Notes: generated by a model not told the origin, from the letters alone. A stretch of DNA of 64,000 nt from an uncultured bacterium (GCA_963695095.1 CAVOFT010000001.1:896001-960000); one strand, 5' to 3'. Positions 21,578 to 31,447 are shown, counted from the stretch's first letter. A program made the numbers and translations.

Positions 21578-22057
21578 CTAGTCGGTCACGGTCATGCAGT
21601 TCTTGCCCAGGGCGATGCCGATGCGGGCGCCGCCCTTCTCCAGCTCGATGCTGCGCTTCCAGCAGTTGCTCGACTGCTGGCAGAAGTCGGCGACGATGCC
21701 GATGGCGGTGGTCCCCTTCGCGCGGGGCAGCTTGAGCGAGAGCGTCTCGCCGGGGCGCAGGGTCTGCTCGATCACCTTCAGCTTGTCGTCGCCCAGGACC
21801 TTGAGATCGTTGTCGAAAAGCGCCGAGAACTCGGCGGCGCGGAATTGCTCCGCGGCGGCGAGGCTGTAGATGTAGAGCTTGACCGGGTGCGCGCCGCTCT
21901 CATCGCAGGTGTTGAGCTGCTCGGAGGCTTCGATGCGGATGCGGTCCACGGTGCCGCAGGAGCGCAAGAGGAGCTGGCGCGGGCAACAGCCGACGAGCAG
22001 GAGCATCAGGATCAGGGCAGCGCCGACGAGCAGGCGGCGGGCGGGTGGGCGGAGCAT
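21578..22057 (-). CDS. tssJ: T6SS lipoprotein TssJ
   Basis: Lipobox LLVGC, LN...HPVKLYIYSL, LRPGE, IGIVADF; first gene of tssJKLM. Confidence 0.88.
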   Translation of the reverse strand: MLRPPARRLLVGAALILMLLLVGCCPRQLLLRSCGTVDRIRIEASEQLNTCDESGAHPVKLYIYSLAAAEQFRAAEFSALFDNDLKVLGDDKLKVIEQTLRPGETLSLKLPRAKGTTAIGIVADFCQQSSNCWKRSIELEKGGARIGIALGKNCMTVTD

Positions 22058-22132
22058 GGGACCATCCTTGGCGAGGGAAGCGCGCGCCGGCAGCGGACCG
22101 GCCGGAGCCAGAATCGCGGAGCGATGGGCCGC

Positions 22133-22160
22133 AGTATAGCAGCGCGCCGGGGAGGGTCAA
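22133..22160 (-). promoter_or_regulatory. Putative sigma70 promoter of tssJKLM
   Basis: Minus strand TTGACC-16 bp-TATACT. Confidence 0.55.
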
Positions 22161-22235
22161 CTGCCAAATGCCGGGGCTTCGGTCGGAAACCGTTTGGATT
22201 CATCCGGTTACGCCCTGGTGGCCGGAGGCAATCGG

Positions 22236-22264
22236 TTGACACCTCACAGGTCGGTTGCTAGACT
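22236..22264 (+). promoter_or_regulatory. Putative sigma70 promoter of the FHA/kinase operon
   Basis: TTGACA-17 bp-TAGACT, divergent from the tssJ promoter. Confidence 0.65.
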
Positions 22265-22311
22265 GCCGCGGCGCGCTAGGACGCTCCCTCAACGCGGAAG
22301 CGACTGACCCG

Positions 22312-23265
22312 ATGTTCTTCAAGAAGAAGCAGGACAAGATCAGGCGCTGCGCGGAGGGCCACATCCTCGACCCCTCCTGGACGCACTGCCCTTACTGCCA
22401 AGACCAGGCGGAGCCCGCCGCGGCCGTGCCGCCGGCCGCTCCGCCCCCACCGAGCTACAGCTCGGGCCCGGGCTTCGCGCCGCCGCCGGCTCACTCCCCG
22501 CCGCCGGCCCACGCCCAGCCCCCCGTCTATGCGCCGCCTCCCGGCCCGCCGCCGGGCGCGGCGCCTCCCGCGCAGCCGGGCGGGGGACTGGACGAGAACC
22601 TCGACAGGACCGTGGTGAATCCGCGGGTGGCGCCCCCGGCGGCGCCGCCGCCCGCGCCGGCGCCGCCCCCTCCCGAGCTGCTGGTGACAGCGCAGGCCGC
22701 CACCGACGAGGGCGAGGAGGATCCGGACATCACCCGGGTGCAGCGTCCAGGGTCCCCGGCCGCCGCGATCCCGCCGGCCGCCGCAGCCCCGCCGCCCGCC
22801 GCTTCGCCGCCACCGGCGCCTCCGACCGCCCCCGTGGCGGCCGCGGCGCCCCCCGCAGCGGCAGCGCCGCCGCCGTCCGCCCCGCTGCGCGAGCCCGCCG
22901 CCCTGCCGCCGATGGGCGCGGACGATGTCACCCGCATCCTGCCGCGCGCGAGCGGACCGCGCAGCCTCGTCGCCTGGCTGGTGGTGGTCGAGGGCGATTA
23001 TCGCGGTCGGGACTTTCGCTTGAGTGGCCCGCGTCTGCGTGTCGGCATCGCGCCCGACTGCGAGATCAGCCTGCCCGAGGAGTCCTACCTCTCACGGCAC
23101 CACGCGGAGCTGGAGCTGGTCGACGGTGACTACGTCCTGCGCGACCTCGCCTCGCGCAACGGCACCTTCGTCAACGGCGAGCGCGTGGAGAGCAGCACCC
23201 TGCGCGACGGCGACGCCGTCCGCCTGGGGCTGACGCACATGATCTATCGCACGCTGCTGATCTGA
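22312..23265 (+). CDS. Zinc-ribbon / Pro-rich linker / FHA-domain protein
   Basis: CAEGH...CPYC N-term; long Pro/Ala linker; VAWLVVVEG..RG.DF, LSRHHA, DLASRNGTFVNG. Confidence 0.88.
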   Translation: MFFKKKQDKIRRCAEGHILDPSWTHCPYCQDQAEPAAAVPPAAPPPPSYSSGPGFAPPPAHSPPPAHAQPPVYAPPPGPPPGAAPPAQPGGGLDENLDRTVVNPRVAPPAAPPPAPAPPPPELLVTAQAATDEGEEDPDITRVQRPGSPAAAIPPAAAAPPPAASPPPAPPTAPVAAAAPPAAAAPPPSAPLREPAALPPMGADDVTRILPRASGPRSLVAWLVVVEGDYRGRDFRLSGPRLRVGIAPDCEISLPEESYLSRHHAELELVDGDYVLRDLASRNGTFVNGERVESSTLRDGDAVRLGLTHMIYRTLLI

Positions 23266-23267
23266 CG

Positions 23268-25112
23268 ATGAAACTCCCCTCCCTGCCGCGGCGCCGCAGA
23301 GCCGGTTCGTCGGGCCGCGGGCGGGGCGCCCTGCGCCTGGAGATCGCGACGGCAGCGGGGGAGCGGCTCCTCCTGCTGGCCCCGGGCGAGAGCGCCCGGG
23401 TGGGTCGCGCCGCCAACTGCGAGCTGCGCCTGGACGAGAGCTCGGTCAGCCGCCTGCACGCGCGCCTGGAGCCGGCGGGGGACGGCTGGCGCCTCGTAGA
23501 TGCGGGCAGCGCCAACGGCTGCTTCGTGGACGGCGAGCCGGTGACGAGCCGCGAGCTGGCCGACGGTGACGCGCTCGGCTTCGGCCGCGCGGCGCCGCTC
23601 ACCGTGCGCCTGCTCGCGCCTGCGCGCTCCGTCCAGGAGACCGTCCACGGCGCCGCCGCACCCCCGCCGCCCGCAGCTCTTTCCAGTCCGCGCCGCGGCC
23701 TCTTCGCCCGCCTGCCCGCCTGGCTCCAGTCCCTGGTGCTCTGGCGGCTGCGGCCGGCGGCGGGGCGCGGCCCCAGCCGCCTCGTGGGCCGCGAGCATCT
23801 GATCGTCGGCCGCGCCGAGAGCGCGGATCTGCGCCTGGACTCGCCGGAGGTTTCCGGGCTGCACGCGCGGCTGGAGCGAAAGGGCGGCGTGCTCCTGCTG
23901 CGGGACATGGACAGCGCCAACGGCACCCTGCACAAGGGCGAGCGGGTGCGCAAGGCGCGCCTCGTGCCGGGCGACCGGGTCAGCTTCGCCGACGCGGAGT
24001 ATCGGCTCGTCGGCAGCGCTCTGCCCTCCGCGCGCGGCTGGCTGCTCCTCGGCAGCCTGGCGGCCCTGCTCCTGCTCGTGGCCAGCGGCCGCCTGCTCCT
24101 CGAGAGCCGGCAGCAGGGCCAGCGCCTGTGGACGCGGGCCATGTACGAGGAGCAGGTGGAGAGCAGCCTGCGCGCGGCCGTGGCGGCTCTGGATCGCGAG
24201 CCGCCCACGCCGGCCCTCGCCATCGCCCAGTTCGACATCGCCATCCGTTCGCTGGTGGCCGCCGATCGCCTGGAGGATCCCGCCGACGAGGCGGCCCTGG
24301 CCGCGGCCCTGCGCGCGGCGGGGGGGCGCGTGGGCCGCAGCCTGGGCGGGCGGGACATCGTCCTCATCTATCGCAACCTGCACCGGCCACCGCCGCCGCC
24401 GCCGCCGGTTCCCAGCCCCGATGAGCTGGAGACGCGGGCGCCCTCGCCCTTCGTGCTCGTGGACGAGCTGACCCTGATCCTCGCCGAGTTCGGCATCGAT
24501 CCCCAGGAGAAGCCCATCCCGCCCGAGTTCCTGGCCGAGGTGCAGCGCTTCGTCACGCACTGGACGGGCCCCGAGCGGGCCTTCACCGAGCGCTCCCTGG
24601 CCCGCGCGCGGCCCCACCTGGCGATGATCCGCCGCCAGCTGCGCGCCGCCCAGCTGCCGGAGGTCTTCTGCTATCTGCCCTTCATCGAGAGCGGCTACCG
24701 CAACACGGCAGTGAGCACGGCCGGCGCCGGCGGCATGTGGCAGTTCATGCCCAAGACGGCCCGCCAGTACGGCCTGCGCGTGGACGAGCTGGTCGACGAG
24801 CGCACGGATCCCCAGAAGCTGACCGTGGCTGCCTGCCGCTATCTCAACGACCTGCTCAGCATGTTCGGCGCGAACTCCTTCATGTGCGCGCTCGCCTCCT
24901 ACAACAAGGGCGAGTACGGCATGCTCAACTGCCTGCGCGGCGTCAGCTGGCGCTCGAGCTGGAAGTTCTGGGACATCGTCGAAAAGGGCGACGGCTGCCT
25001 GAAGCAGGAGACCGTCGAGTACGTGCCGCGCTTCCTGGCGGCGGCGATCGTGGCCCGCCGCCCGGAGGCCTTCGGCATCGAGGTGCCCGCCGCGGACGAG
25101 GCGCTGCCGTGA
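23268..25112 (+). CDS. FHA-FHA-TM-lytic transglycosylase (SLT/MltD-like) fusion
   Basis: Two FHA motifs (GR...VSRLHA...SANG; GR...VSGLHA...SANGT), TM segment, LPFIESGY, AGAGGMWQFMPKTARQYGL, DERTDP, ASYNKGE, ETVEYVPRF. Confidence 0.9.
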   Translation: MKLPSLPRRRRAGSSGRGRGALRLEIATAAGERLLLLAPGESARVGRAANCELRLDESSVSRLHARLEPAGDGWRLVDAGSANGCFVDGEPVTSRELADGDALGFGRAAPLTVRLLAPARSVQETVHGAAAPPPPAALSSPRRGLFARLPAWLQSLVLWRLRPAAGRGPSRLVGREHLIVGRAESADLRLDSPEVSGLHARLERKGGVLLLRDMDSANGTLHKGERVRKARLVPGDRVSFADAEYRLVGSALPSARGWLLLGSLAALLLLVASGRLLLESRQQGQRLWTRAMYEEQVESSLRAAVAALDREPPTPALAIAQFDIAIRSLVAADRLEDPADEAALAAALRAAGGRVGRSLGGRDIVLIYRNLHRPPPPPPPVPSPDELETRAPSPFVLVDELTLILAEFGIDPQEKPIPPEFLAEVQRFVTHWTGPERAFTERSLARARPHLAMIRRQLRAAQLPEVFCYLPFIESGYRNTAVSTAGAGGMWQFMPKTARQYGLRVDELVDERTDPQKLTVAACRYLNDLLSMFGANSFMCALASYNKGEYGMLNCLRGVSWRSSWKFWDIVEKGDGCLKQETVEYVPRFLAAAIVARRPEAFGIEVPAADEALP

Positions 25113-26449
25113 GGGCGCTCCGCACGGGCCCTGGGCTGCCGGCGCTGGCCCTGCTCGCGGCGCTGGGGGCGGCCGTCCTCGCGGCGCGTCCGGCGCTCGC
25201 GGTGGAAGGTCAGCTCGAGCCGGGCATCGCCCTGCCGGGGGGCGAGGGCCTGCTGCCCATCGCCCTGCGCGACGCGGCCGGGGCGCCCTTCCTTGCCCGC
25301 GCCGACGAGCTGGCGCTGAGGGTGGGCGGGCGGCAGCTCGAATCCCTGTCGATGGGGGCCTTCGCCCCCGCACCGGGCGGCGAGCCCTGCCATCTGTCCC
25401 TGCTGCTGGACCTGCCCGCCCTGGATGAGGCGGCCCGCCGGGCCTGGGCCGAGCGCCTGGCGCGCTTCCTGGCGCCTGCGCCCGGGGTGACGCGGGCTCT
25501 GTCGGTGGCGGCGGCGGGGCAGGCGACCTGGGTGAAGCCGGGCGGGTCCGCGCCCACGGCGGCGGCCCTCGCCGAGCGCCTGGACGCCCAGGCGACGGCG
25601 GGCAAGCCCGAGCGGCTCTGGGACTCCCTGCTCGATGCGCTGGCGGCCCTGTCCAGCGCGGGCGGCCTGCCCCCGCGCCGGGTGCTCATCCTGGTCAGCG
25701 ACGGCCTCGAGGCCACGCCGAGCCGGCATCCGCTGGCCTCCTGCCTGGAGGCGGCCCAGCTCGCCCGGGTGCCGGTCTATGTGCTGGCCCTGCCGGTGGC
25801 GACGGCGGGCGGCGCGGCCGGTGGCCGCCGCCTCGCCGAGCTGGCCGCGGGCAGCGGCGGGCGCTTGCTGGTCGCCGAATCGGGCCGCGTCGAGGAGAAC
25901 TGGCAGGCGCTCATCGGCGGCGTGTCGGCCGTGCAGGCCCTGCGCTTCCGCGCGCCGGTCTCGCCGCGGCCGGAACCCCTGCAGCTGGAGATCGGCGGCG
26001 CCGGGGGCGGCCAGCTCACGGGCAGCCTGGCCCCGCGCACGCGCGTTGCGGCCGGGGCGGACTCGCGGCTCCTCTTTCTCCTCGCGCTGCCCCTGCTCGC
26101 AGTGGCAGGCGCAGTAATCGTTTGGCATCGCCGGCGTGGGGTGGGTAGACTGAGCTTCGTGGAGAACGGCATCCGCCGCGAGCGGGTGCTGCCGCATCGA
26201 GGCTTGAGCATCGGGTCCGATCCGGGAAGCGATCTGCTGGTGGCCCATCCGCACGTTTCCCGGCAGCACGCCGTGCTGCGGCTGCAGCGAGGGCAGGTTC
26301 TGCTCACGGACCTGCGCAGCACCAACGGCACGGCCGTCAACGGGCGGCCGGTGCGCAGCCAGGTGCTCCGTGACGGCGACCGGATCCTCCTGGGCGGCAG
26401 CGTGGAGATCGTCTTCGCGCGGCGCCGGGGACGGACGAGCACTCAGTGA
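25109..26449 (+). CDS. Signal peptide / VWA-like domain / TM / cytoplasmic FHA protein
   Basis: GTG start overlapping the upstream stop; RRVLILVSDG and VPVYVLAL (VWA-like); TM; VSRQHA, DLRSTNGTAVNG. Confidence 0.8.
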   Translation: MRALRTGPGLPALALLAALGAAVLAARPALAVEGQLEPGIALPGGEGLLPIALRDAAGAPFLARADELALRVGGRQLESLSMGAFAPAPGGEPCHLSLLLDLPALDEAARRAWAERLARFLAPAPGVTRALSVAAAGQATWVKPGGSAPTAAALAERLDAQATAGKPERLWDSLLDALAALSSAGGLPPRRVLILVSDGLEATPSRHPLASCLEAAQLARVPVYVLALPVATAGGAAGGRRLAELAAGSGGRLLVAESGRVEENWQALIGGVSAVQALRFRAPVSPRPEPLQLEIGGAGGGQLTGSLAPRTRVAAGADSRLLFLLALPLLAVAGAVIVWHRRRGVGRLSFVENGIRRERVLPHRGLSIGSDPGSDLLVAHPHVSRQHAVLRLQRGQVLLTDLRSTNGTAVNGRPVRSQVLRDGDRILLGGSVEIVFARRRGRTSTQ

Positions 26450-27228
26450 AGGGGCCAGAGGTGGAGCGCAGCATTCCCACGGCCATCGGCGGCATCCAGC
26501 TCGTCCAGGCCCTGCTATCGGACATCGGCTGCCGCCGGAAGAAGAACGAGGACGCGCTCGGCTTCTACGTCAGCGAGACGCCGCCCGCCACCCAGCTCGC
26601 GGTGGTCTGCGACGGCGTCGGCGGCAACGCGGCGGGCGAAGTGGCCAGCCAGCTCGCGCTGGAGACCCTCGAGGCCAGCTTCTTCGGGGCCGGCAATCCG
26701 GACGACGTCGGCGGCGCCCTGCGCCGCGCCGTCGAGGCGGCCAACGCCGCCGTCCTGCACAAGGCGGGCCTGGACCCGCGCCTGGCGCACATGGCGACCA
26801 CCTGCACGGCGGCCGCCCTGCGCGGCGAGGAGCTGCGCATCGGCCACATCGGCGACTGCCGCGCCTATCGCATCGAGGGCGCCGTCATCCAGCAGCTCAC
26901 GCGCGACCACTCGGTGGCCGAGGAGTACGCGCAGCGGGGCGAGGCGCTGCCGGCCGACAAGCAGGGCCTGGCCAACGTGCTCACCCGTTGCCTGGGCCTG
27001 GAGCCGCGCATCGACGTGGACCTCAGCGAGCCGCTGCCCTTCCGGGAGGGGAACATCCTCGTGCTGTGCTCCGACGGCCTGACCAAGATGGTCACCCCCC
27101 AGGAGATTCTCTATCAGGCCTCCATGCAGGGCCCCGAGGACGCCTGCCAGCACTTGGTGGCATTGGCCCGCGAGCGGGGCGGCCCCGACAACATCAGCGT
27201 GCAGGTGATCCGCTACCGCCGCCACTAG
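26446..27228 (+). CDS. PP2C-family Ser/Thr phosphatase
   Basis: SDIG.RR..NED, VCDGVGG, HIGDCRAY, LTRDHS, LCSDGL, GGPDNIS. Confidence 0.95.
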   Translation: MKGPEVERSIPTAIGGIQLVQALLSDIGCRRKKNEDALGFYVSETPPATQLAVVCDGVGGNAAGEVASQLALETLEASFFGAGNPDDVGGALRRAVEAANAAVLHKAGLDPRLAHMATTCTAAALRGEELRIGHIGDCRAYRIEGAVIQQLTRDHSVAEEYAQRGEALPADKQGLANVLTRCLGLEPRIDVDLSEPLPFREGNILVLCSDGLTKMVTPQEILYQASMQGPEDACQHLVALARERGGPDNISVQVIRYRRH

Positions 27229-27240
27229 GCAGGAGAAGCG

Positions 27241-29743
27241 ATGGCCACGTCCTTCCATGGCTACGAGATCCGGGAGAAGATCGGCGGCGGCGGCATGTCC
27301 ACCGTCTACAAAGGCGTGCACAAGACGCTGGGCTACCCCGTCGCCATCAAGATCCTGCATCCGGGCCTGGCGGGGGACGCCAGCTTCATCGCGCGCTTCG
27401 AGCGGGAGGCCAAGGCCGCCTCGGCGCTGCGCAGCAACAACATCGCCTCGGTGAACGACTTCGGCCAGGAGGACGAGGTCTACTTCATCGTGATGGAGTA
27501 CATCGACGGCATGGATCTGGCCAAGGTCTTCGAGGCCCTGCAGGGCGGGCGCGGCAAGCCCAAGGCCGTGCCGGTGGAGATGACCCTGGCGCTGCTCGAA
27601 GAGGTGGCCTACGGGCTCAAGCTGGCCCACGAGCACGGCATCATCCACCGTGACATCAAGCCCAGCAACATCCTGCTCAACAGCCGCGGCGAGGTGAAGA
27701 TCGCCGACTTCGGCCTGGCCCGCAACACGGGCAACCTGCCCAGCCCCAGCTACAGGGATCTCACCAGCCCCGGCACCGTGGTGGGCACGCCCTCCTACAT
27801 GTCGCCCGAGCAGGCGGCCGGCCAGGACGACCTCGACAGCCGCACGGACATCTTCTCCCTGGGCGTGATGGCCTATCAGTTCCTCACGGGAGAGAAGCCC
27901 TTCCAGGCCGACAGCCCGACGGAAGTCCAGTTCAAGATCATCAACGAGCAGCCCAAGCCGCTGGACCGCAAGCGCGTGCCCCTGCTCACGCCGGCCATCG
28001 AGGCGATGGTGACCAAGCTGCTCGCCAAGAAGCCCGACCACCGCTACCAGAACATGGACCAGGTGCTCAGGGCCATCAAGGAAGCCGAGGAGAGCATCGA
28101 CAGCTCGGGCAGCCTGAGCAAGTACCGCCGCGACTACCTGAGCAGCTTCGCCAAGGATCCGGTGGGCTTCAGCGAAGAGCTGCGCGTCAAGAGCATCAAG
28201 AGCCACCTCAAGCTCGGCTTCCACTTCAAGAACCAGGGCCGCGCCAACATCGACGACGCCGTGCGCGAGTTCAGCTACGTGCTCTCGCTGGACCCCGACA
28301 ACACGCAAGCGGCCAGCGCCATGTCCGAGATCTACACCGAGGACGAGGGCAGCGGCGCGGGGGCTCCGGCCGGCGTGGATGCCACGGCGGTGATGCCCGC
28401 CGGCACTGACGTGACCGCGGTGCTGCCGGGCGAAGGCAAGACGGCCCCGAGCCGGCCGGCCGCCGCCACGCCGCCGAGCGTCCCCCCGCCCGGCAAGCCA
28501 GCCGCGGCGCCGCCCAAACCCTCGCCGCCGAAACCCCAGGCGCCCAAGCCCGCCGCGGCGAAGCCCGTGGCCGCTCGCACGGAGCGCGCCGGCATTCCCC
28601 GGCGCTGGCTCCTGATCGGGGGCGGGGTGCTGGTCGTGGCCCTGCTGGCCTTCCTCGTGCCCAGGCTGTTCAAGGGCGGCGGCGAGACGCCGGCCCCGCC
28701 GCCGGCAGCGCCCGCCGCGCGAGCGGCGACGCTCTTCGTGCGCAGCACGCCGCCGGACGCCGCCGTCTGGCTGCGCCGGGCGGGCGAGGCCGAGTTCCGC
28801 GACACGGGCCGCCGCAGCGACTGCCTGCTCACCGGCCTCGCGGCCGGCGCCTACGAAGTGCGGCTCGTCAAGGAGGGCTTCACGGAGGCGACCCTGCCCT
28901 TCAGCGTGGCGGCCGGCGACAGCGGCCGCGTGGCGACGAGCCTGGCCGCGGCCCTGCCCGCGGCGGCGGAGACCCCGACGCCGCCGGCGGCCGTCGCCAC
29001 CGGCGACGCCTTCCTCAGCGTGGGCAGCAACCCGGCCGGCGCCACCGTGTCCATGCGCCAGCGCGGCGAGTCGCGCTACCGCGATGTGGGCACCACGCCC
29101 TACCGCAGCCATGCGCTGGAGCCCGGGCGCTGGGAGATCAAGGTCGCGCTGGCCGGGCATCAGGAGGAGAGCACGGGCCGCACGCTCTCGGCGGGGCGCA
29201 CCGACGAGATCTTCTTCCCGCTCAAGAAGCAGGCGGCGGCCGGCGGCAACGGCTACCTGGACCTGATCGTCTCGCCCTACGGCGACATCTACGTGGACGG
29301 CCAGCGCGTGGCCGAGGAGGCGCGGCGCGCGGTGCTGCCGGTGACGAGCGGCCGCAAGCACGCGGTCTCGGTGCGGCACCCGCTGACCTACGGGCGCATC
29401 GACCTGCCCGAGGTGGAAGTGGCGGCCGGCGACACCGTGGCGCTCGGCCGGCAGGCCTTCGCCTTCGGCTCCCTGGCCGTGGCCGCGACTCCGGCCGCCG
29501 ACGTCTACATCGACGGCGTGCGCGTGGGGCAGCAGACGCCCTTCCGCCTGGACCCGATGGCGGCCGGCGAGCATCGCGTCAGCGTGCTCAAGTCAGGGAT
29601 TCAAGATCCTGCGGGCCGAGTTGCTGACGGACGCGGGCAGCCGCGAGCTCAGCGCCGTGGGCAGCGGCAGTCCCCCGCAATATGCCATTCGCCTGCGCGA
29701 AGGCGAGAAGTTGCGCCTGAAGTTCACCTTGGCGGCGCAGTGA
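27241..29743 (+). CDS. Hanks-type Ser/Thr kinase with TPR-like segment, TM and periplasmic PEGA repeats (frameshift near 29597)
   Basis: GGGGMSTVY, VAIK, HRDIKPSN, DFGLAR, GTPSYMSPE; PEGA-like STPPDA, SNPAGA; removing one base at tcagggattc restores GFKILRAE...KFTLAAQ stop at 29743. Confidence 0.93.
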
Positions 29744-29827
29744 GCCACCCGGGTTTTCGCTTGTGATCGCCTGCGGCATGGCGGACAATCCGGCCGCAGT
29801 GGGCCCCTTCACATGGGAGGCGAGTCG

Positions 29828-30421
29828 ATGCTGTCCTTCTTCCTGGATCGGCGAGTTCTGCGCCCGACGGCCGCGGCCGTCCTCGTCGCCTTCGCCCTGC
29901 TCGTGCTGCCCTTGCCGGCCTGGCAGGGCACTGCCCGCGCCGATGCCCTCGCCGATCTGAGCGCGGCCCGCAATCACTACGAGTTCGCCGAGTTCGATCA
30001 GGGCGTGGCGATCCTGCAGCGGCTCGTCACGGGCAAGCAGCTCAGCGGCGAGTCGCTGCGCGACGCCTACATCCTGCTGGCGCGCTGCCAGGTGGGCAAG
30101 GGCAACGAGCCGCAGGCCCTGGACGCCTTCTGCTCGGCCATCTGCCTGGACAAGACCTGGCGCCCGGATGCGGTCTTCTTCCCCCAGGACGAGATCGAGA
30201 CCTTCCACAAGGCGCTCGAGGCCTGCAAGTGCGCCGAGCAGGCGGCCGCGCCGGCCCCTGCGAAGAAGGACGAGGAGGGGGGCGGCATGCCCAAGTGGGT
30301 GTACTACGCGGGCGGCGCGGTGGTGCTGGGCCTGGTGGCGGTGCTGGCCCTGGGCGGCGGCGGCGACGATGAAAATCCTGGCCCCAGCCTGCCCGGCTTC
30401 CCCGATCCGCCGAGCGACTAG
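29828..30421 (+). CDS. Secreted TPR-like protein with C-terminal TM/Gly-rich/Pro-rich tail
   Basis: Signal peptide, ARNHYEFAEFDQGV...AYILLARC, KWVYYAGGAVVLGLVAVLALGGGG...LPGFPDPP. Confidence 0.7.
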   Translation: MLSFFLDRRVLRPTAAAVLVAFALLVLPLPAWQGTARADALADLSAARNHYEFAEFDQGVAILQRLVTGKQLSGESLRDAYILLARCQVGKGNEPQALDAFCSAICLDKTWRPDAVFFPQDEIETFHKALEACKCAEQAAAPAPAKKDEEGGGMPKWVYYAGGAVVLGLVAVLALGGGGDDENPGPSLPGFPDPPSD

Positions 30422-30458
30422 GCGCGCCGGAGACATCCTGCCGATTCCCGAGGGAGCC

Positions 30459-31046
30459 ATGCAACCCGAAGAGGTGATGGAGCGCCTGCGCGCGACCGGA
30501 GCCCTGCTCGAGGGCCACTTCCAGCTCAGCAGCGGCCGGCACAGCGACCGCTACGTGCAGTGCGCGCGCCTGCTGGCGGTGACCCCGGTCGCGGCCGAAG
30601 TGGGCGCAGCCCTCTCCGCCCGCCTGCCCGCGGAGCTCGACCTCATCGTCAGCCCGGCCCTGGGCGGCCTCATCATCGGCCACGAGGTGGCCCGCGCCCG
30701 GCGCCTGCCCTTCTACTTCACCGAGCGCGAAGCGGGGGCGATGGTCTTTCGTCGGGGCTTCGCCGTGCCGCCGGGCGCGCGCTGCGCGGTGGTGGAGGAC
30801 GTGGTCACCTCGGGCGGCAGCCTGCTCGAGGCCGCCGCCGCCCTGCGCGCGGCGGGCGGCGTGCTGGTGGCCGCCGCCGCGATCGTGGACCGCAGCGGCG
30901 CCGCGCCGCCGGACTTCGGCGCGCCCTTCGTCTCGCTGCTCAAGCTCGAGGTGAAGAACTGGGAGCCGGCCGACTGCCCGCTCTGCGCGGCGGGGTCCAC
31001 GGCGGTCAAGCCCGGCAGCCGGCACCTCGGACTGGGGAAGGGCTAG
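30459..31046 (+). CDS. pyrE: Orotate phosphoribosyltransferase
   Basis: GALLEGHFQLSSGRHSDRYVQCA, PALGG, VVEDVVTSGGS, CPLC...KPGSR. Confidence 0.95.
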   Translation: MQPEEVMERLRATGALLEGHFQLSSGRHSDRYVQCARLLAVTPVAAEVGAALSARLPAELDLIVSPALGGLIIGHEVARARRLPFYFTEREAGAMVFRRGFAVPPGARCAVVEDVVTSGGSLLEAAAALRAAGGVLVAAAAIVDRSGAAPPDFGAPFVSLLKLEVKNWEPADCPLCAAGSTAVKPGSRHLGLGKG

Positions 31047-31048
31047 CG

Positions 31049-31447
31049 ATGCGACGGGAGCTGTTCTTGACCGCCGCGGCCGCCTTGATGGCAGCGCTGG
31101 GCGTCGTGCGCGGCGCGGGCGGGCTGGCGCTGCTGCTCGAGGGGCCGGCCCTGGACCCGAACATCCGAGCCGGGGCCACGGCCACCGCGCTGCTGGGCGC
31201 CGTCCTGCTCGGCCTGGGCCTCTTGCTCGTGGTGGCGGCCATCGGCGTGTTCCGCCGCCTGCGCGGCTTCTGGTTGCTCGGCATTCTCGCCGCGCCCGCC
31301 TTCGTCGTCGACGGAACGATCAACGGCTTCGTCCTCTACGGCCGCCCCGGCGCCGGCGGCACGGTGGCCAACCTGGCCGCCGCGGGGCTGATCATCGGCT
31401 CGCTGCTGCTCGGCCGATCGGCGCTCCGGAGCAGCGGCCGCAGCTAG
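31049..31447 (+). CDS. Small integral membrane protein
   Basis: Four hydrophobic segments; ATG 2 nt after the pyrE stop. Confidence 0.65.
   Translation: MRRELFLTAAAALMAALGVVRGAGGLALLLEGPALDPNIRAGATATALLGAVLLGLGLLLVVAAIGVFRRLRGFWLLGILAAPAFVVDGTINGFVLYGRPGAGGTVANLAAAGLIIGSLLLGRSALRSSGRS

Noticed and set aside
22420..22910. Highly repetitive ccg/gcg tract resembling a tandem repeat or CRISPR
   Set aside because: Encodes the Pro/Ala linker of the FHA protein; no fixed repeat-spacer periodicity. No CRISPR array or cas gene seen in the window.
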